Below are positions 12,496 to 26,429 of a stretch of DNA of 64,000 nt, piece after piece. Origin of the DNA: Octopus bimaculoides (Eukaryota); contig NC_068982.1 of NCBI RefSeq assembly GCF_001194135.2, positions 114,000,414-114,064,413 of the forward strand, in the 5' to 3' direction. The notes beneath the pieces were generated by a model. The model was not told the DNA's origin. It ran no database searches and was given only the letters and a program-made list of their open reading frames with translations. Numbering within the stretch: position 1 is the first letter of the stretch; each line of letters starts with the position of its first letter. The translations under genes and the position numbers were made by a program.

Positions 12496-13612
12496 ACACT
12501 ATGTGTGTGTCTGTGTGTATCAACTTCATTCTCCTCATCATCATCATTTAACATCCGTTTCCCATTCTGGCATGGATTGGATACTTACATATATGAGAGT
12601 GTTGCTGTGTTTGTGCCCACCATTGCTTGACGACCAGTGTTGGTATGTTTATGTCCCCATAAACATACCAACACTGGAGTCTTGGCAGAAAAGACTATTA
12701 CTAGAAGTACCAGACTTCAAAAAATGAGAATCACTGGAGTTTGGTTTATTTGACTAATGTATGTCCACACACATATATAATTTATATATTCACATATGTG
12801 TGAATACATGTATGTGTGTGTGTGTGTGTATATATACATATATATATATATATAAANNNNNNNNNNNNNNNNNNNNNNNNNNNNNNNNNNNNNNNNNNNN
12901 NNNNNNNNNNNNNNNNNNNNNNNNNNNNNNNNNNNNNNNNNNNNNNNNNNNNNNNNNNNNNNNNNNNNNNNNNNNNNNNNNNNNNNNNNNNNNNNNNNNN
13001 NNNNNNNNNNNNNNNNNNNNNNNNNNNNNNNNNNNNNNNNNNNNNNNNNNNNNNNNNNNNNNNNNNNNNNNNNNNNNNNNNNNNNNNNNNNNNNNNNNNN
13101 NNNNNNNNNNNNNNNNNNNNNATATATATATATATATATATATAATATTAGTTTGTTACTCATCATATACGCAGGTTAATATACTTTTACTATCATGGGT
13201 AATATCAGGAATATAGTATACATACAATAATTATAGTTTAACTTGTCTCCCAAATTCTCGGTGCATATACAAAATGAGGAGCCGAATACTAATTTTCAAA
13301 AGGAAAATATTGGTTACCTCCAGATATGATTATGTAAAACAGAATTCTGATTTGTATTGTTCTTCTCATGACAGCTTTGGCATTTACTCACTTTCCTCTC
13401 CACATCTGTCTTTATGATTCTTTTTCTCTCTGACTTAGTATGAGTGTATAGCATTCCTTTAACTCATAGAGTGCCACCAAGCGTAGCGTGTGCACTCATC
13501 CTGCACCTTTCATGCTTACTCTCTATCTCATACTGTCTCTTGCCCTCTATCTATAAAGCATGACTGGAAACTTAAACTACAAGCCAGCCTTCATTTATAT
13601 CAGCTATTATTT

Positions 13613-13649
<37 letters not shown>

Positions 13650-13665
13650 ATACATACACACACAA

Positions 13666-13704
<39 letters not shown>

Positions 13705-14270
13705 TGCACACCACTTCCTCATGAATTGCCTGAGAAAGCTGTTGAAAAATCACTTGGCAAGACAAGGTCCCAAACTCAGAGGTCCTCCTTTGAGTGGATC
13801 TGCCAAGCATTTACACACTGCTGAGGAGAGTGCAAGTCAGGTGGGAAGATCACCTTGTTCCAATGCCTGATACATGACTCCCCAAGAGACTGTTTTACAG
13901 TGAACTGGTGGGAGGTAAGTACATGCAACATGGACAGTAAAAGTGCTTCAAAGATACATTCAAAGCATTACTGAAAAGCTTTGAAATCAATCCCAACACC
14001 TGGGAAACACACATGCAAGACTGTGCTGCCTGGCAAAGCTGCATTAAAGAGGTGCCACCTTTTACAAACAGAACCGAATCGCAAGGACACAAGGGAAATG
14101 CGAACTGCACACGTCCAGAGCCAACTCCTTGCCTTCATTCCCAGCAGACCACCAATGACCAACCTGCGGCAAAGCCTTCTGAACACACATTGGACTAGTC
14201 AGCCACAGCCAGACACAATATGCCCCATCTTCTCCCATTTGATGTTCTTGGTCATTGTCAACAACGACTT
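13705..14270 (+). mobile_element. 3' fragment of an RTE (BovB-like) LINE, pseudogenised
   Basis: Translates with stops and frameshifts to CLRKLL-I-WQDKVPNSEVL..LPSIYTLL..QVRW..HLV.MPD..LPKRLFYSELVGG..FKDTFKALLKSFEINPNTWE, followed by a CGKAF..IGLVSHS C-terminal knuckle typical of RTE ORFs. Confidence 0.85.
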
Positions 14271-14297
14271 AAACTAATAATAATATACAAAAATATA

Positions 14298-14347
<50 letters not shown>

Positions 14348-14371
14348 AATACATGTATGTATATATTTATG

Positions 14372-14413
<42 letters not shown>

Positions 14414-14669
14414 CATATGAATTTATATGGATAGACATCATCATAGTTTAACATCTGCTTTCCATGCTAGCATGGGTTGGACTGTAAATATTTAAAAAGA
14501 GAGAGAAAGGTTGTATAAAAATATATAAAATAAATCCGCAGTAATTAATAGCTCAAGTAATAATTGATGTCATTAAATCCCTTATATTGCTATAACCTTG
14601 TAGTTAATATAGTGTGTTTATGTTTGGGTGTATGAGTATATATATATATGTATATGTAGATACATATTA

Positions 14670-17600
14670 TCATGATCATTTTGCTTCCACTTTTTATGCT
14701 AGTATGGACGTTTTGACAGAATCTTTCTGCCTGAAGGCTTCATTTTTCTCCAGTGTCAGCATGGGTTTTACAGCTCAGTGCTTTCTCTAATGCTAGCCAT
14801 TTTACAGAGGTTATTTGCAAGGTTAAAGTGCTCCTTGTCAGACAAGTAGGATAGGAGGCAGAGTGGTCATTTTAAGCAGCTGAGAAGTTCACAGTTTTGG
14901 AGAAGATTCGGATGGAGCCTACAGAGAGGTAAAGAGATAAATGTGATGATATGTTGCCAGAGCATATTTACCATGGTGATATGTCCAAAAGAATTATAGA
15001 ATTTATAGAAGAGAGCATAGATATGAAAGAGTCATGGAGCATGATAGGTATGATTTTAAGAATGTAGGAAGAGAGTGTGAGATGATTAGAAGCATAGGGG
15101 TAGTCAGCTGCATATAGATGTGAATGCTGTGAATGATGAGTATTGTTGGGGAGGGAGGGGTTAAATATGAATGGGGATAAGAATGAGAAATGGCTGATGA
15201 ATGGAAGTAGTAGACAGGACAGAGAGTGGTGACTAGCAGTATAGAGATGGCATTATATGATATATAATAACAGATTCCGCTTTCAATTTGTACATATGCA
15301 GTATGATGCAGTAGATAGGAGAGTATTGAAAGGATAAGTAATAGGGTGATATGGGTAAGGTCAATAGAATGTGACTTGGAGGAGGGAGATGAGGACGCAC
15401 AAGTTGTAGAATTGACCTTTTCCATAGGTTCCATCAAGTTTGATCCTGCACTTTTCTGTACAGTTGTCATCTTCAACATACATGAAGCATCCATACCACC
15501 AGCACAGTCGTCTCTCTTCTATGCTACATATGAATCTTCATTAAACTAGATTTTCTCTGTTTATTTTTTTTAGCCAAATGGTCACCACTTTTAGTAGTCC
15601 GTAAGTGTGTCTGGTACTTGAGCATGTGACACTTGGCTAAATCAAATCTTTCAGTACAGACAGTTGGTTGGTCCAAAATGAAACAACATGGAGGTGACGG
15701 CAGCGCTAATAGGATGTGCAAGAATGCCTCCAAGAAGGCGACGTTTGTTCAATCCACTGGCTCATCAAAAGAACTTGCTGAGCAGCCAGCGTTGACATGA
15801 GTGAAAGAGCTACATGCCGAGAGAGTTCTAGTGAAGGAAGGAAAACTTTCTAGTGAGAAGTGGTGACTCTCAAGCTCTATACAAACACCAAACTGGAAGC
15901 AGAAGGAAATGATCCATTCTAACCACTTACAGAGAATGACACAAAAGGTGCAACCACACAAAGTCAACTGAGCCAACTTTGATATGGAGAAATGTATATC
16001 TGCATGTAAGCCAATATCAAACACAAAGCTGCTATAATTTGTACTCTGTACTGTATGCACACTGGCATTACAAAGTTAGCAAATTCACCTAATTTCTTTT
16101 TAGTCATTGCAGGTCTTCTGCATTTAAGACCCACATCTCACTATTATAAACCTTGCAGTTCATACACAAGCATCATGCAATCTGCCTTTCACTCAGAGAG
16201 GGAGAGAAACCTTTTGCTATCAAGAGTGGTACTTTGGCTACTCTGCTTTTGGAACACCTACATCCACTTTTAATGTAGGACACCTAGGTAACAGAATCTA
16301 TTTAATACTTCTAGGGAGCTGTCTTGGCATTCTTATGTACTTTGTGTTTAATGTCCCATTCACATAGAAAGACAGCTTTCTTTGTTTGTCGGTTTGTTAT
16401 TCTGCTACACCTCTTATATGCCCTTATTTTATACCAGGCACACAATGTGGAATTTCAGCTGACTTCCTCCCTGTATATTGAGCAATGCTGTTTCTTTGAT
16501 GCTAGCAGTGTCCTGTTAACTTTACTACTGACCAGTCTTTGTTAATTTTATTGTAAGATGCCTTGATTCTAGATTTTGCTTCCACCTCTGGAATTTTATC
16601 TCTACTTCCTATACAAGTTCAGCTATAATAACTAGGTTCCTATATTAACATATAGGAACCTCTGCAGGCAAGGTAGTCTTAGACTTCTCTGTTATGGCCT
16701 GGAGAATTATGATAAATAGAAGCAACTGATAACTTCACCTAGTAGAACCCTATTGCCATGCTAAATTCATTGCTCTACTTATTACTGACTCTCATCTTGT
16801 TGACTGCACTTCTGAACATGACTTGTATACCCCATGGTTCCTCAGCAGCCACTGGATCATGGGATTTCCATGTCAATAGAGGTTTTCTCTCTGCTAAGTA
16901 CTTCTCCTGAAGTTGTTTAAGTAGGAAGACGATTGATAGTACTTTTTGACACAAAGCAACTTATCTAGTTCAGTTTTCTTTTTAATTGAGCTATAACTCT
17001 GTCTCTTGGTAACTTCCTTGGTCCAACATTTTGATAACTCTGTAATTTCCTGTCTCCATTGCTCTTCTTGTTGATGATGCTGCTGCTATACCAGCCTCTA
17101 GACACAATACTTTCAAATACTAAATATATTGGCTGAGTATGTTGGTGACCAGCCTGTAACCTACTCTATCACTTATTTTAAGCATCTCAACTGTAATTCC
17201 TCCTCTTGCCTTTATATCCTTAATTGCTTTCTTATTCTTCAGATAACTTGGATTGTGAGTCTCTTTATTGGGATGACTCTGGGAAATCCTTTTTCTGCCT
17301 TGTGTTTTCCTTATTTAACAGCCTTTGATATCAATATTTTTATGTCATTTATAGCAAAGTAACCACAATTATTTTGCAGGCACTTCTCTCCCATAACATT
17401 TCATTTCTCTGTAGTACTCTGCCTTACAATATGAAATATAACTCATGCCTCTGATGCTCATATCATAGAACATTGACAAACCTCTTACTTCTACTTACTT
17501 TTTCCCTAGCTAAGTGCAATGTCATCCAGTTTCTTTTCTAGCTACTTGATATAGTTCTCTACTGCTTCTTTTCTCCTCTTGTCGCCAGCTTATCTCTTTG

Positions 17601-18250
17601 CATTTGTGACATTGTTTACCACCACCACCACCACATTACCTTTGTTCTGGTTAGGATTTTGCGCCAGCCTTGTATTTAGACTGTAGTATACAGCATTTTG
17701 ATTTTGCAACTCTCAGCTGGCCTCTATATTATAAGTCTTCATCTCATATTCCCTTTTGTTAAATTCTTTAACTAGAACTTATCTGAATTTCTCACTGTTT
17801 GATGAACTTTTAAGCTTCCATACCTTCCTTCTCAAAACTGGTTTGTGTCACTGAGTCTGTGTAGCTCTTACGCAGGGGTCACTAAATACTAATCCTTTGA
17901 GAAGAATGTACTCTCCATCGGTCAATTCAATTTACTTGTGAAAATAAAGTCCAGTGGTCTTCTATGCTCACCTGACTGGTACATAACACAGGAGGCTAAC
18001 TGGTTTCCTAAAGTTAGTGTCGCAAATTGTCAAATCATTATCATCACAGACCTCCTAAAGTCTTGTTCTATTTCTTGAACAAGAGCCATGACCTACATTC
18101 ACAGCATAGAACCACCAGGATGCTGTCCAATATGTCTGTTGAATTCACCAGTCAAGATGATGAGGTCATTGTCATTCATAATTGAGATTTGTCTGCATAA
18201 GGGTCTCATTTTATAGCACAAATTACGGAGCATACATAGAGATGTTGCAG
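14670..18250 (-). mobile_element. Long decayed RTE LINE (APE endonuclease + RT + 3' UTR), interrupted at about 15575-16010
   Basis: Minus-strand remnants: NDLTICDTNFRKP (APE), RRKVWKLK, AVNKMRV..IILQAITE, NLVIIAE..KFQRWKQNLESR (RT, YADD region), LEVLNRFCYLG, EERRL.W..(G)CFMYVEDDNC. The 3' end at about 14690-14810 carries the ggatgcc/ggcatcc tail block. Confidence 0.8.
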
Positions 18251-19228
18251 TATTCAAATCTAATATCTAGACTTGAAATATTCAAGTCAAGTATCCAAGA
18301 CTAGTCTAGCCTTAATTATCATATCATACATCTTGACTATGTCTATTACTTTTTTAAAGGTAACTCGACCATTTTGATATTAATAAGATCCTAGTCATGA
18401 CCTCAACTTTGAATACATAACTAAATGTTTTCACATGTGTCAGGTCTCTTTTTTTTTGTCTTGATTGTGCAACCATATTTGTATGTGTGCATATATACAT
18501 ACACACAAACACACATACACACATATATACACATGCACACATATACATATATATATATATATATATAATTTTTACATTTAGATATACAAGAATATGATAA
18601 TTAACGTGCATGTGTATCTATTGATATCTCTGCTTATAACTGCTATTATACTCTATCATCTTTTTCATATTTAATTTGATTTTTTTGATATTTTCTATAA
18701 TCATTTCCTGTACTTGCTGTATGAGAATATTTATGATACAATATAGCATTGTCATTTGAGTGTATTCATTTGGCATCTTTCATACAACTATTTATTTATC
18801 CATGTATGTATGTATTTTTCCCCTGAACAATGGACAATATCCATGTGTATTTCTTCATGTGCTTTCCCTGCAAATCAGCAGGCCTCAAAGTGGACTTCAA
18901 AAATGTTTTGTCTTCTAAAGTTATTTTTTCTGAGATCCATTATTCTATTCCTTCTTCTTCTGTATTGTTTCCAGAATTATATTTTTCATTTTAGAATGTT
19001 AATCTTAATATTTGGTGAGAAATTCTAATATGTGGATTGACATTTTGTTTATAATCGTGTGTGTATTTTAATGAAATATCTACATGCTATTAATATATTC
19101 AATATATCTTTTGATTTTGTTAGATCCTTTTGAATAATGTTTGGATTAGAAAACCATATTGTATTTCAATATTTCAAGTAACATATTGAATATAATCCTA
19201 ACCCTAATTATTTTATATTGGTTTCAAA

Positions 19229-19433
19229 TTTGGCACAAGGCCAGTAATTTCGGGAGAGGAGGTAAGTCGATTACATCGACCCCAGTGCCCGACTGGTATT
19301 TATTTTATTGACCCCAAAAAGGTGAAAGACAAAGTTGACCTTGGCGGAATTTGAACTCAGAATGTAAGGATAAACAAAATGCTTAGTAGCATTTTGTCCA
19401 GCTTACTAACAATTGTGCCAGCTCACCACCTTC
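19229..19433 (-). mobile_element. tRNA-derived SINE (ggcggcgagctggcagaa family)
   Basis: tggcacaaggcc...gtcgattacatcgaccccag...gaatttgaactcagaatg...gccagctcaccacc is the reverse complement of the family consensus seen elsewhere in the window. Confidence 0.85.
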
Positions 19434-20574
19434 CAATTATTTTTTATTAACTCTGCTTCTGACACCTTAAACTCACTCTTTCTTTTGCCAAACACCAGTT
19501 TAAAACTACTGCCATTTTGTCTATATTTGGGCTGTAGAATTTTGTAATAAAAAAAAAAACAAAAAACAAAGTCAGGGTTTAAATAAGTTGAAATTATTAT
19601 CTGTTGTATCATATAAGATTTCTCTTAAAATAGTAATTATGATCATGGTGGAATAATTGTTTTAGAGAACTTTACTTGCAAAATATTTTTCTTAGATAAA
19701 ATAATAATTATCTTTCTTTGAATTTTAGATTTAAATCTGACAAGCAAGTGCCATGTTATAGATTGTTAAAATAATTATTTATTTAATAAAAATATATAAC
19801 TTTTTTAAAGATAAAACGAAACATTGCAGAATACAATGCCAAAATGCAAGGATATAAGCATATGCATTTGAAGGGAACATTACAAGGATAAAGATAGTGG
19901 TGAGGTTTATGCAGACTTGTTTACAAATAAAACAGGCGTGGAAAAAAAAGCAAAAAAAACGGAACACAAAAGGAATGAAATGTGGCTTTATATGTGAACA
20001 GCAAAGAAGAGTAAATTATGGAAACCACAAATGCAGGGTTACACTGACTATCAAGGCCAAATACCTTACATCAGCTGAAGTTACCAAGCAAAAGCTCATT
20101 CACAAAACATATTTTCAACTCTCAGTTACATTCAGTATATTGGAAACACAACTTTTTTTATTTTTACCTTCCTTTCTGAATGGAACCAGAAGTAGTTGTA
20201 AAAGATTTGGCTGTCTTTAATCTTTTCAATCTTGGTCACCATACAATCTCTTTTGCTATGGCCACTAAACACAGAAAACGTGTTTGCACTTTTCAGAACA
20301 GTCGTTAGATAACAGCTGTTCAGCATAATCCTACAAATCAACAATGCTTTTACAATGAACAAATATGTACACAACAGCTTTATCACCCTGAATGCAGCAG
20401 GACAGACCCAGCAGGTGGTACAATTATACCTGTAGAATTTATCCTAAGCCATCAATGTCCTCTAATAACAGTGTCAAACCAATTATAAGAAATATAATAG
20501 AAAAAAAAACAAAACAAATGTATCTGAACTTAGAAAACTGGAAAAAAATAAAATACCTGTGAGATGTGTGAGAC

Positions 20575-20628
<54 letters not shown>

Positions 20629-20637
20629 GTCTATCTC

Positions 20638-20670
<33 letters not shown>

Positions 20671-21199
20671 TGTCTTATTAAAAACTAGGAACACTAAACT
20701 AGTTCAAGAGAATGATATACATTAGAGTTTAGAGTACAAGTAGCAGAGTTGATGAAAGTTATCACTCTTTATAAAGTTCTTGAAAGTTGAGGAAGATTTG
20801 CTGTTATTCTGTCTGAAGACCTGGCTATGTTGAGATAATCAATGTGTTCTTTTGTAATAACAATAATAATAATAATAATTGTTCTATAATTATTATGTGA
20901 TCCATCAAATAAATAACTAAAATAGAAATGTATCTAAAAATATGTCATTGGTAAAAATAACGGTGACTTAACAGTGTAACACTAAGCTTACTGGGGAAGA
21001 CAGATCTGTGTCATTAAACCATATTTGCTTTTAGACCTGCTTTTGATTAAAATATGAAAATAAGTATGTATTCACCAGTGGTTTTGTATAGAGCTTAGGA
21101 GTCTGCTTGAAATTGTTATTCTCAACCTAAAGTGTTATGTGATAGTTTGCATTTCATTATGGACATTAGAATAAATATTCAAAACAGCCACATAACCTT

Positions 21200-21520
21200 C
21201 AGAGCAAATGCATGACCATTAATGAGGAGGAAAGCCATCTGCCAATTTGTTTCAACTATGGTGGCATGCAAATCATAGTCGTTAGTGACTTGAAATATCT
21301 TGGGTCCTGTGTTTTCTAACAGTAAGAAAAATTTCTGGACATGCATGGTACAAGCCTGAAGTGTCTGTAACAAGTTTTAAAACATCTGGCAATCAACTAT
21401 TTTAAAGTCAACAAAGCTGGCCTTCTTCAGGGTATGTGTAGAGTATATTCTTCATTCCGTAGCTGAGACCTGGTCTATGAAGGAGGAGTTTCAAGATTAA
21501 CCTTTATGCTACAAACAGGA
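21200..21520 (+). mobile_element. Decayed RTE LINE RT C-terminal fragment
   Basis: IIVVSDLKYLGS and CVE(S)ILHSVAETWSMK-like remnants (compare F.YLGS...LLYGAETW). Confidence 0.5.
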
Positions 21521-24500
21521 GGAAACCACTTAATGACATTTATGTTATTAGTGGAAGCACACAACATGAAAGTAAAGACTTAAAAAAGTTAATTGGGTTC
21601 TAAGATTCCTGGTGTGGTGTGGTTGCAGTTACTTGAAGCAGAAATAGTAAACTTCTATAAAATATCATTTCATAAGTATTTTTAATACTGTAAATGTTTT
21701 GAAATAAATTTCTACAATATTATTTTAAAACAACATAGTCATAACCCATTATTCAGAGCACAGTATAACTGGGAAAAGCATTTGGAGCTGCTAAATAGTT
21801 TTTGCATCACAGCAGCTTTCAGAAACTCTGCATTAGAGATGTGAATAAACATCAGAATCTATGGAAACTAGTTGCGATCTGTGTCATTAAGTATTACTTG
21901 GTACAATTCTCAAATTATGTATGTAATAGGGAGATAATCCTATGCTTCAATCAAAGTTCTTCATTGAGAAGGGGGACATTTGCAGTATTTATCTGAGATG
22001 TTCTTATTTTCATCACAGTATACTAACTAAATAAAATATGAAAAACCTTTATGAAATTTGGCTTGGTCAGCTGTTGACTTTGAAGATATTAAATCTGTTG
22101 CCTTTCAGTGACCTTTGATGAGATGGATAACTTAGATAATATATTCTAATTTCTGTTTCTCAGCTAAACATGTCAAACTCACAGAATGTAAATTACTTGG
22201 CTCTTTACTAACTTTCATCTGTACATGGATATTTTTTTTTCTGTTTTTCTTTTACTATTATTTAGAACAAAAAAAAATCAACATAACTGAGGTTTTTTCT
22301 TGTTTGTGAACATTTTATTTTGACTAAAATAATGTTCAGTCTGCAAATTCTTAAGTTCTTTCAATGGGGCCTTTAATTTCAGGAGTTATTTATTGTTATT
22401 CTGAAGTGTATTTATTACATTGCTTTTAAATCTCACATAAAAATTAAGTAAAGCATTTTGTTTTCTTTCTAATTATTTTACTTGATTTCAGTTTGTCATA
22501 TCTTGTCTTTCATAGGGAAGAAACATATCATTAAATTATATTTACTTGATACATCTCTGTTAAACTTCATTTTTATACATAAACTGGAGTATTTCATTTG
22601 ATTGTATCATTCATAAATTTATTCATCTTTACTTTCCAAGAGGCAGTGTCTATTTAGTTTTAAATCATATAAAAAAAAAATCCAAAAGGAATTTTCTAAT
22701 GGCAAAATCATAAATGTTATTTTAATTTATAACTTTTGAAGTTTGGAAAATTATTCCAACTATACTGTGATCTTACTTGTATGATGATTCTATTTACTAA
22801 TCTTATAATCTAGAACAAAAATTGCTCTTTTGAATTTTGTCATATTTTTCATCTATCCAAATTGTATTTCTGATAAATATTATGGAGAAATAATTGCTAA
22901 TGAGGATACACAGAAGTTAATAAATCAGAATAAATTAAAAAGTACTTGTAGAATCTTTGTTGCTATTGCAATAGTACTTCTTTAAAATCAGATATTGATG
23001 TGATTTGAAATATTAAAGAAACATCTTGTAAATTTAAATTCATAAATTGTTTATCCAACTCCTAATTAAACATGCTAAATTCAACATCAAAATAAACATT
23101 AAGAAATATTTGGTGTTCTAATTAATTAGCAACAGAAGATATGTCAAAAAGATGTCTGTTAAAATTAGCTGTGTATGGAGATTATGATGCTATCTTTGAG
23201 AAAAAATATACCTTTAAAAGTTATTATTATTATTATTATTTGTGTTAAGTTTAATTTTCTGCAGATATTAAAACAAAAATATTTCAAAATATCTGTTTTC
23301 TTTTCTCTTTTTTCTTTTTCCAATAATTTCCTCTAAATATATTACAAATGATAATATACACTCCTGCAAAAATATTAACAATTCTTGAAATAGTTTAAGT
23401 TATGCTTTTTGTGATGATGATCTAATTATGATTTTTGTTTGTTTTTTTTCTTCATCTTTATCATCTTTTAATAAAATGATTATTTTTACTGTTATTTATT
23501 ATTCTCTAGTTATTTAGTTTATATTTACATAGTCTCTGTTTAATATTTCAAGTCTTTTTCCATATTTGCAAGATAACTACAAAACAAAAATAAACGCAAA
23601 GACCTTAACAATGTTTTATTGGTTCATTGATTTGTTGTTATTTTTTAAAATCTAATTATACTATTGATTTCTCTTTTTTGGGAATCTTATTAATTTGTAG
23701 CAATTAACATTCATTTCAAATTTGACCAATGATTCATTTCCTTGTTGAATGAAAAGAATGGTTCTTGATTAGACTTTTGAATAGAATGTCCAGGGTAAGG
23801 GGAGGACTTAAGATTTTGAGGTCATTATCCATATACATGTCATAATACGCTTGTGTTCCATCTTCCATAGCTTTCCTTTACCCCAATTTCTCTCTGTTTG
23901 TTCTTTCTACTCAAGACAAACCAAAAGAAATCCACTTTAGTTTAAACAGTCTCTTTATGCTTTCAACTAACATCTTTGAAATAGTTTCCTTATCTTGCCA
24001 TACCACTATATAGAGGTTTAAAACAAATTCCCTGATTTTTCTGTTTCCTTGTTTTTTGTTTTGTTTGTTTTTTCTTTATTTTACTCAATTTTTCTTTTGG
24101 TTTTCTTCTTGGTTTTCTCAATAAGGAACATTCAATATTTTTGTTGTAAAAACGATGTATCACTTTTTGCAAGAAATTTGTTAATCAGCAATATGTTAAG
24201 AATCACAGCTTATCATTATTTTGTCACTACATGCTAAACTTAATAGAGAGTCTTATGTTATAAAGAGAACTATAAATATTAAAGTTTCTTAAAAATTTCT
24301 CTACATAACCTCAATAAATTGCTTATTAATATGGAGTTTCATATATATTTTTTCTGATGTTCATGTTTGGTTGCATTCGTGTGTGTATGTGTTAATATGT
24401 TTTGCTACAAGTCTTCATTATGTAATGTGAAATTATTGCAATGTCATTTTGAATATATATANNNNNNNNNNNNNNNNNNNNNNNNNNNNNNNNNNNNNNN

Positions 24501-25769
24501 NNNNNNNNNNNNNNNNNNNNNNNNNNNNNNNNNNNNNNNNNNNNNNNNNNNNNNNNNNNNNNNNNNNNNNNNNNNNNNNNNNNNNNNNNNNNNNNNNNNN
24601 NNNNNNNNNNNNNNNNNNNNNNNNNNNNNNNNNNNNNNNNNNNNNNNNNNNNNNNNNNNNNNNNNNNNNNNNNNNNNNNNNNNNNNNNNNNNNNNNNNNN
24701 NNNNNNNNNNNNNNNNNNNNNNNNNNNNNNNNNNNNNNNNNNNNNNNNNNNNNNNNNNNNNNNNNNNNNNNNNNNNNNNNNNNNNNNNNNNNNNNNNNNN
24801 NNNNNNNNNNNNNNNNNNNNNNNNNNNNNNNNNNNNNNNNNNNNNNNNNNNNNNNNNNNNNNNNNNNNNNNNNNNNNNNNNNNNNNNNNNNNNNNNNNNN
24901 NNNNNNNNNNNNNNNNNNNNNNNNNNNNNNNNNNNNNNNNNNNNNNNNNNNNNNNNNNNNNNNNNNNNNNNNNNNNNNNNNNNNNNNNNNNNNNNNNNNN
25001 NNNNNNNNNNNNNNNNNNNNNNNNNNNNNNNNNNNNNNNNNNNNNNNNNNNNNNNNNNNNNNNNNNNNNNNNNNNNNNNNNNNNNNNNNNNNNNNNNNNN
25101 NNNNNNNNNNNNNNNNNNNNNNNNNNNNNNNNNNNNNNNNNNNNNNNNNNNNNNNNNNNNNNNNNNNNNNNNNNNNNNNNNNNNNNNNNNNNNNNNNNNN
25201 NNNNNNNNNNNNTATATATAAACAAACGGTTAGCTATATGGGTCTTCACATATTTCTCCCAAGTTGTGCTACTAACAAATATTTGGTTCACCATCTTCAA
25301 TAACAATCCTGCTTAAATGCCAACTAATTCTGAGAGGAATCTGTAAAACCTTTACTGATTGGTTATTGATTTGTTAAAGTTTAATATTTTATTGTTGACT
25401 GTTCATCTTGGCCTTTACACATCAGGCTATTTATTCTCTGTTGGTGAACTGAACTCTGAAAAATGTGATATGTCCAAGTGTTTCTCTGTCAGTGAGCTTA
25501 AACTACTTTGGAAAATGGAAAATATGTGTTAAAGAATATTTCAATACCTATTTATTACTACAACAATTTTACATTTATACTTCATGATCTTGAAATAACT
25601 TAAGCAGAACCTATTGTAACATTTCTTTAATCCACTGTTAGTACGTTTTTATGATCTCTTTTCCCCTCTCCCTCTTCCTCATCAGATTTACTTATTTATC
25701 TATAAGCTGGTTTCGAATTTGTCTTTTGTTTTGTTTTCTCCCATTCCCCTTCATTCTATTCATTAGTTT

Positions 25770-25802
<33 letters not shown>

Positions 25803-25960
25803 TACACACTAATTACTGATCTTTGGAATACATTTAATGTGTATGTTTCAAGTGGTTACATATCAACTTGTTACGTCAATTACAAGAGTAATACATTGCT
25901 TGCAAATGACTGATGAGGATGCTATCTACATAACAAGTTGTTACATAACCACTTGAAACA

Positions 25961-26152
25961 TCATCATCATCATCATCGTTTAACGTCCGCTTTCCATGCT
26001 AGCATGGGTTGGACGATTTGACTGAGGACTGGTGAAACCGGATGGCAACACCAGGCTCCAGTCTGATTTGGCAGAGTTTCTACAGCTGGATGCCCTTCCT
26101 AACGCCAACCACTCAGAGAGTGTAGTGGGTGCTTTTACGTGTCACCCGCACG
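25961..26152 (-). mobile_element. Young 5'-truncated (ATG)n-tail retroposon with 32-bp target-site duplication
   Basis: CpG-intact copy. ataacaagttgttacataaccacttgaaacat is repeated exactly at 25930-25961 and 26159-26190. Confidence 0.9.
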
Positions 26153-26385
26153 ATGATGATAACAAGTTGTTACATAACCACTTGAAACATTTGTATTAAT
26201 GAATTTGAAATATCAATAATTGCTTTTGTGATAATTCTAATGATATATGTCTCATGCTAACAACAATCTAGCCTATCCTTGGTTTGATAATACTCTTCTG
26301 ATGCCATGCAGGTATAGGAGTGGAATGTTACTCTGGACATATAGCCAGAATTAGCTGTTAAAGTGTACTGCATCAAGCCTACCAG

Positions 26386-26429
<44 letters not shown>

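Noticed and set aside
23740-23862. Minus-strand peptide MEDGTQAYYDMYMDNDLKILSPPL..
   Set aside because: Protein-like but only about 44 aa, with no splice donor and no recognisable family.
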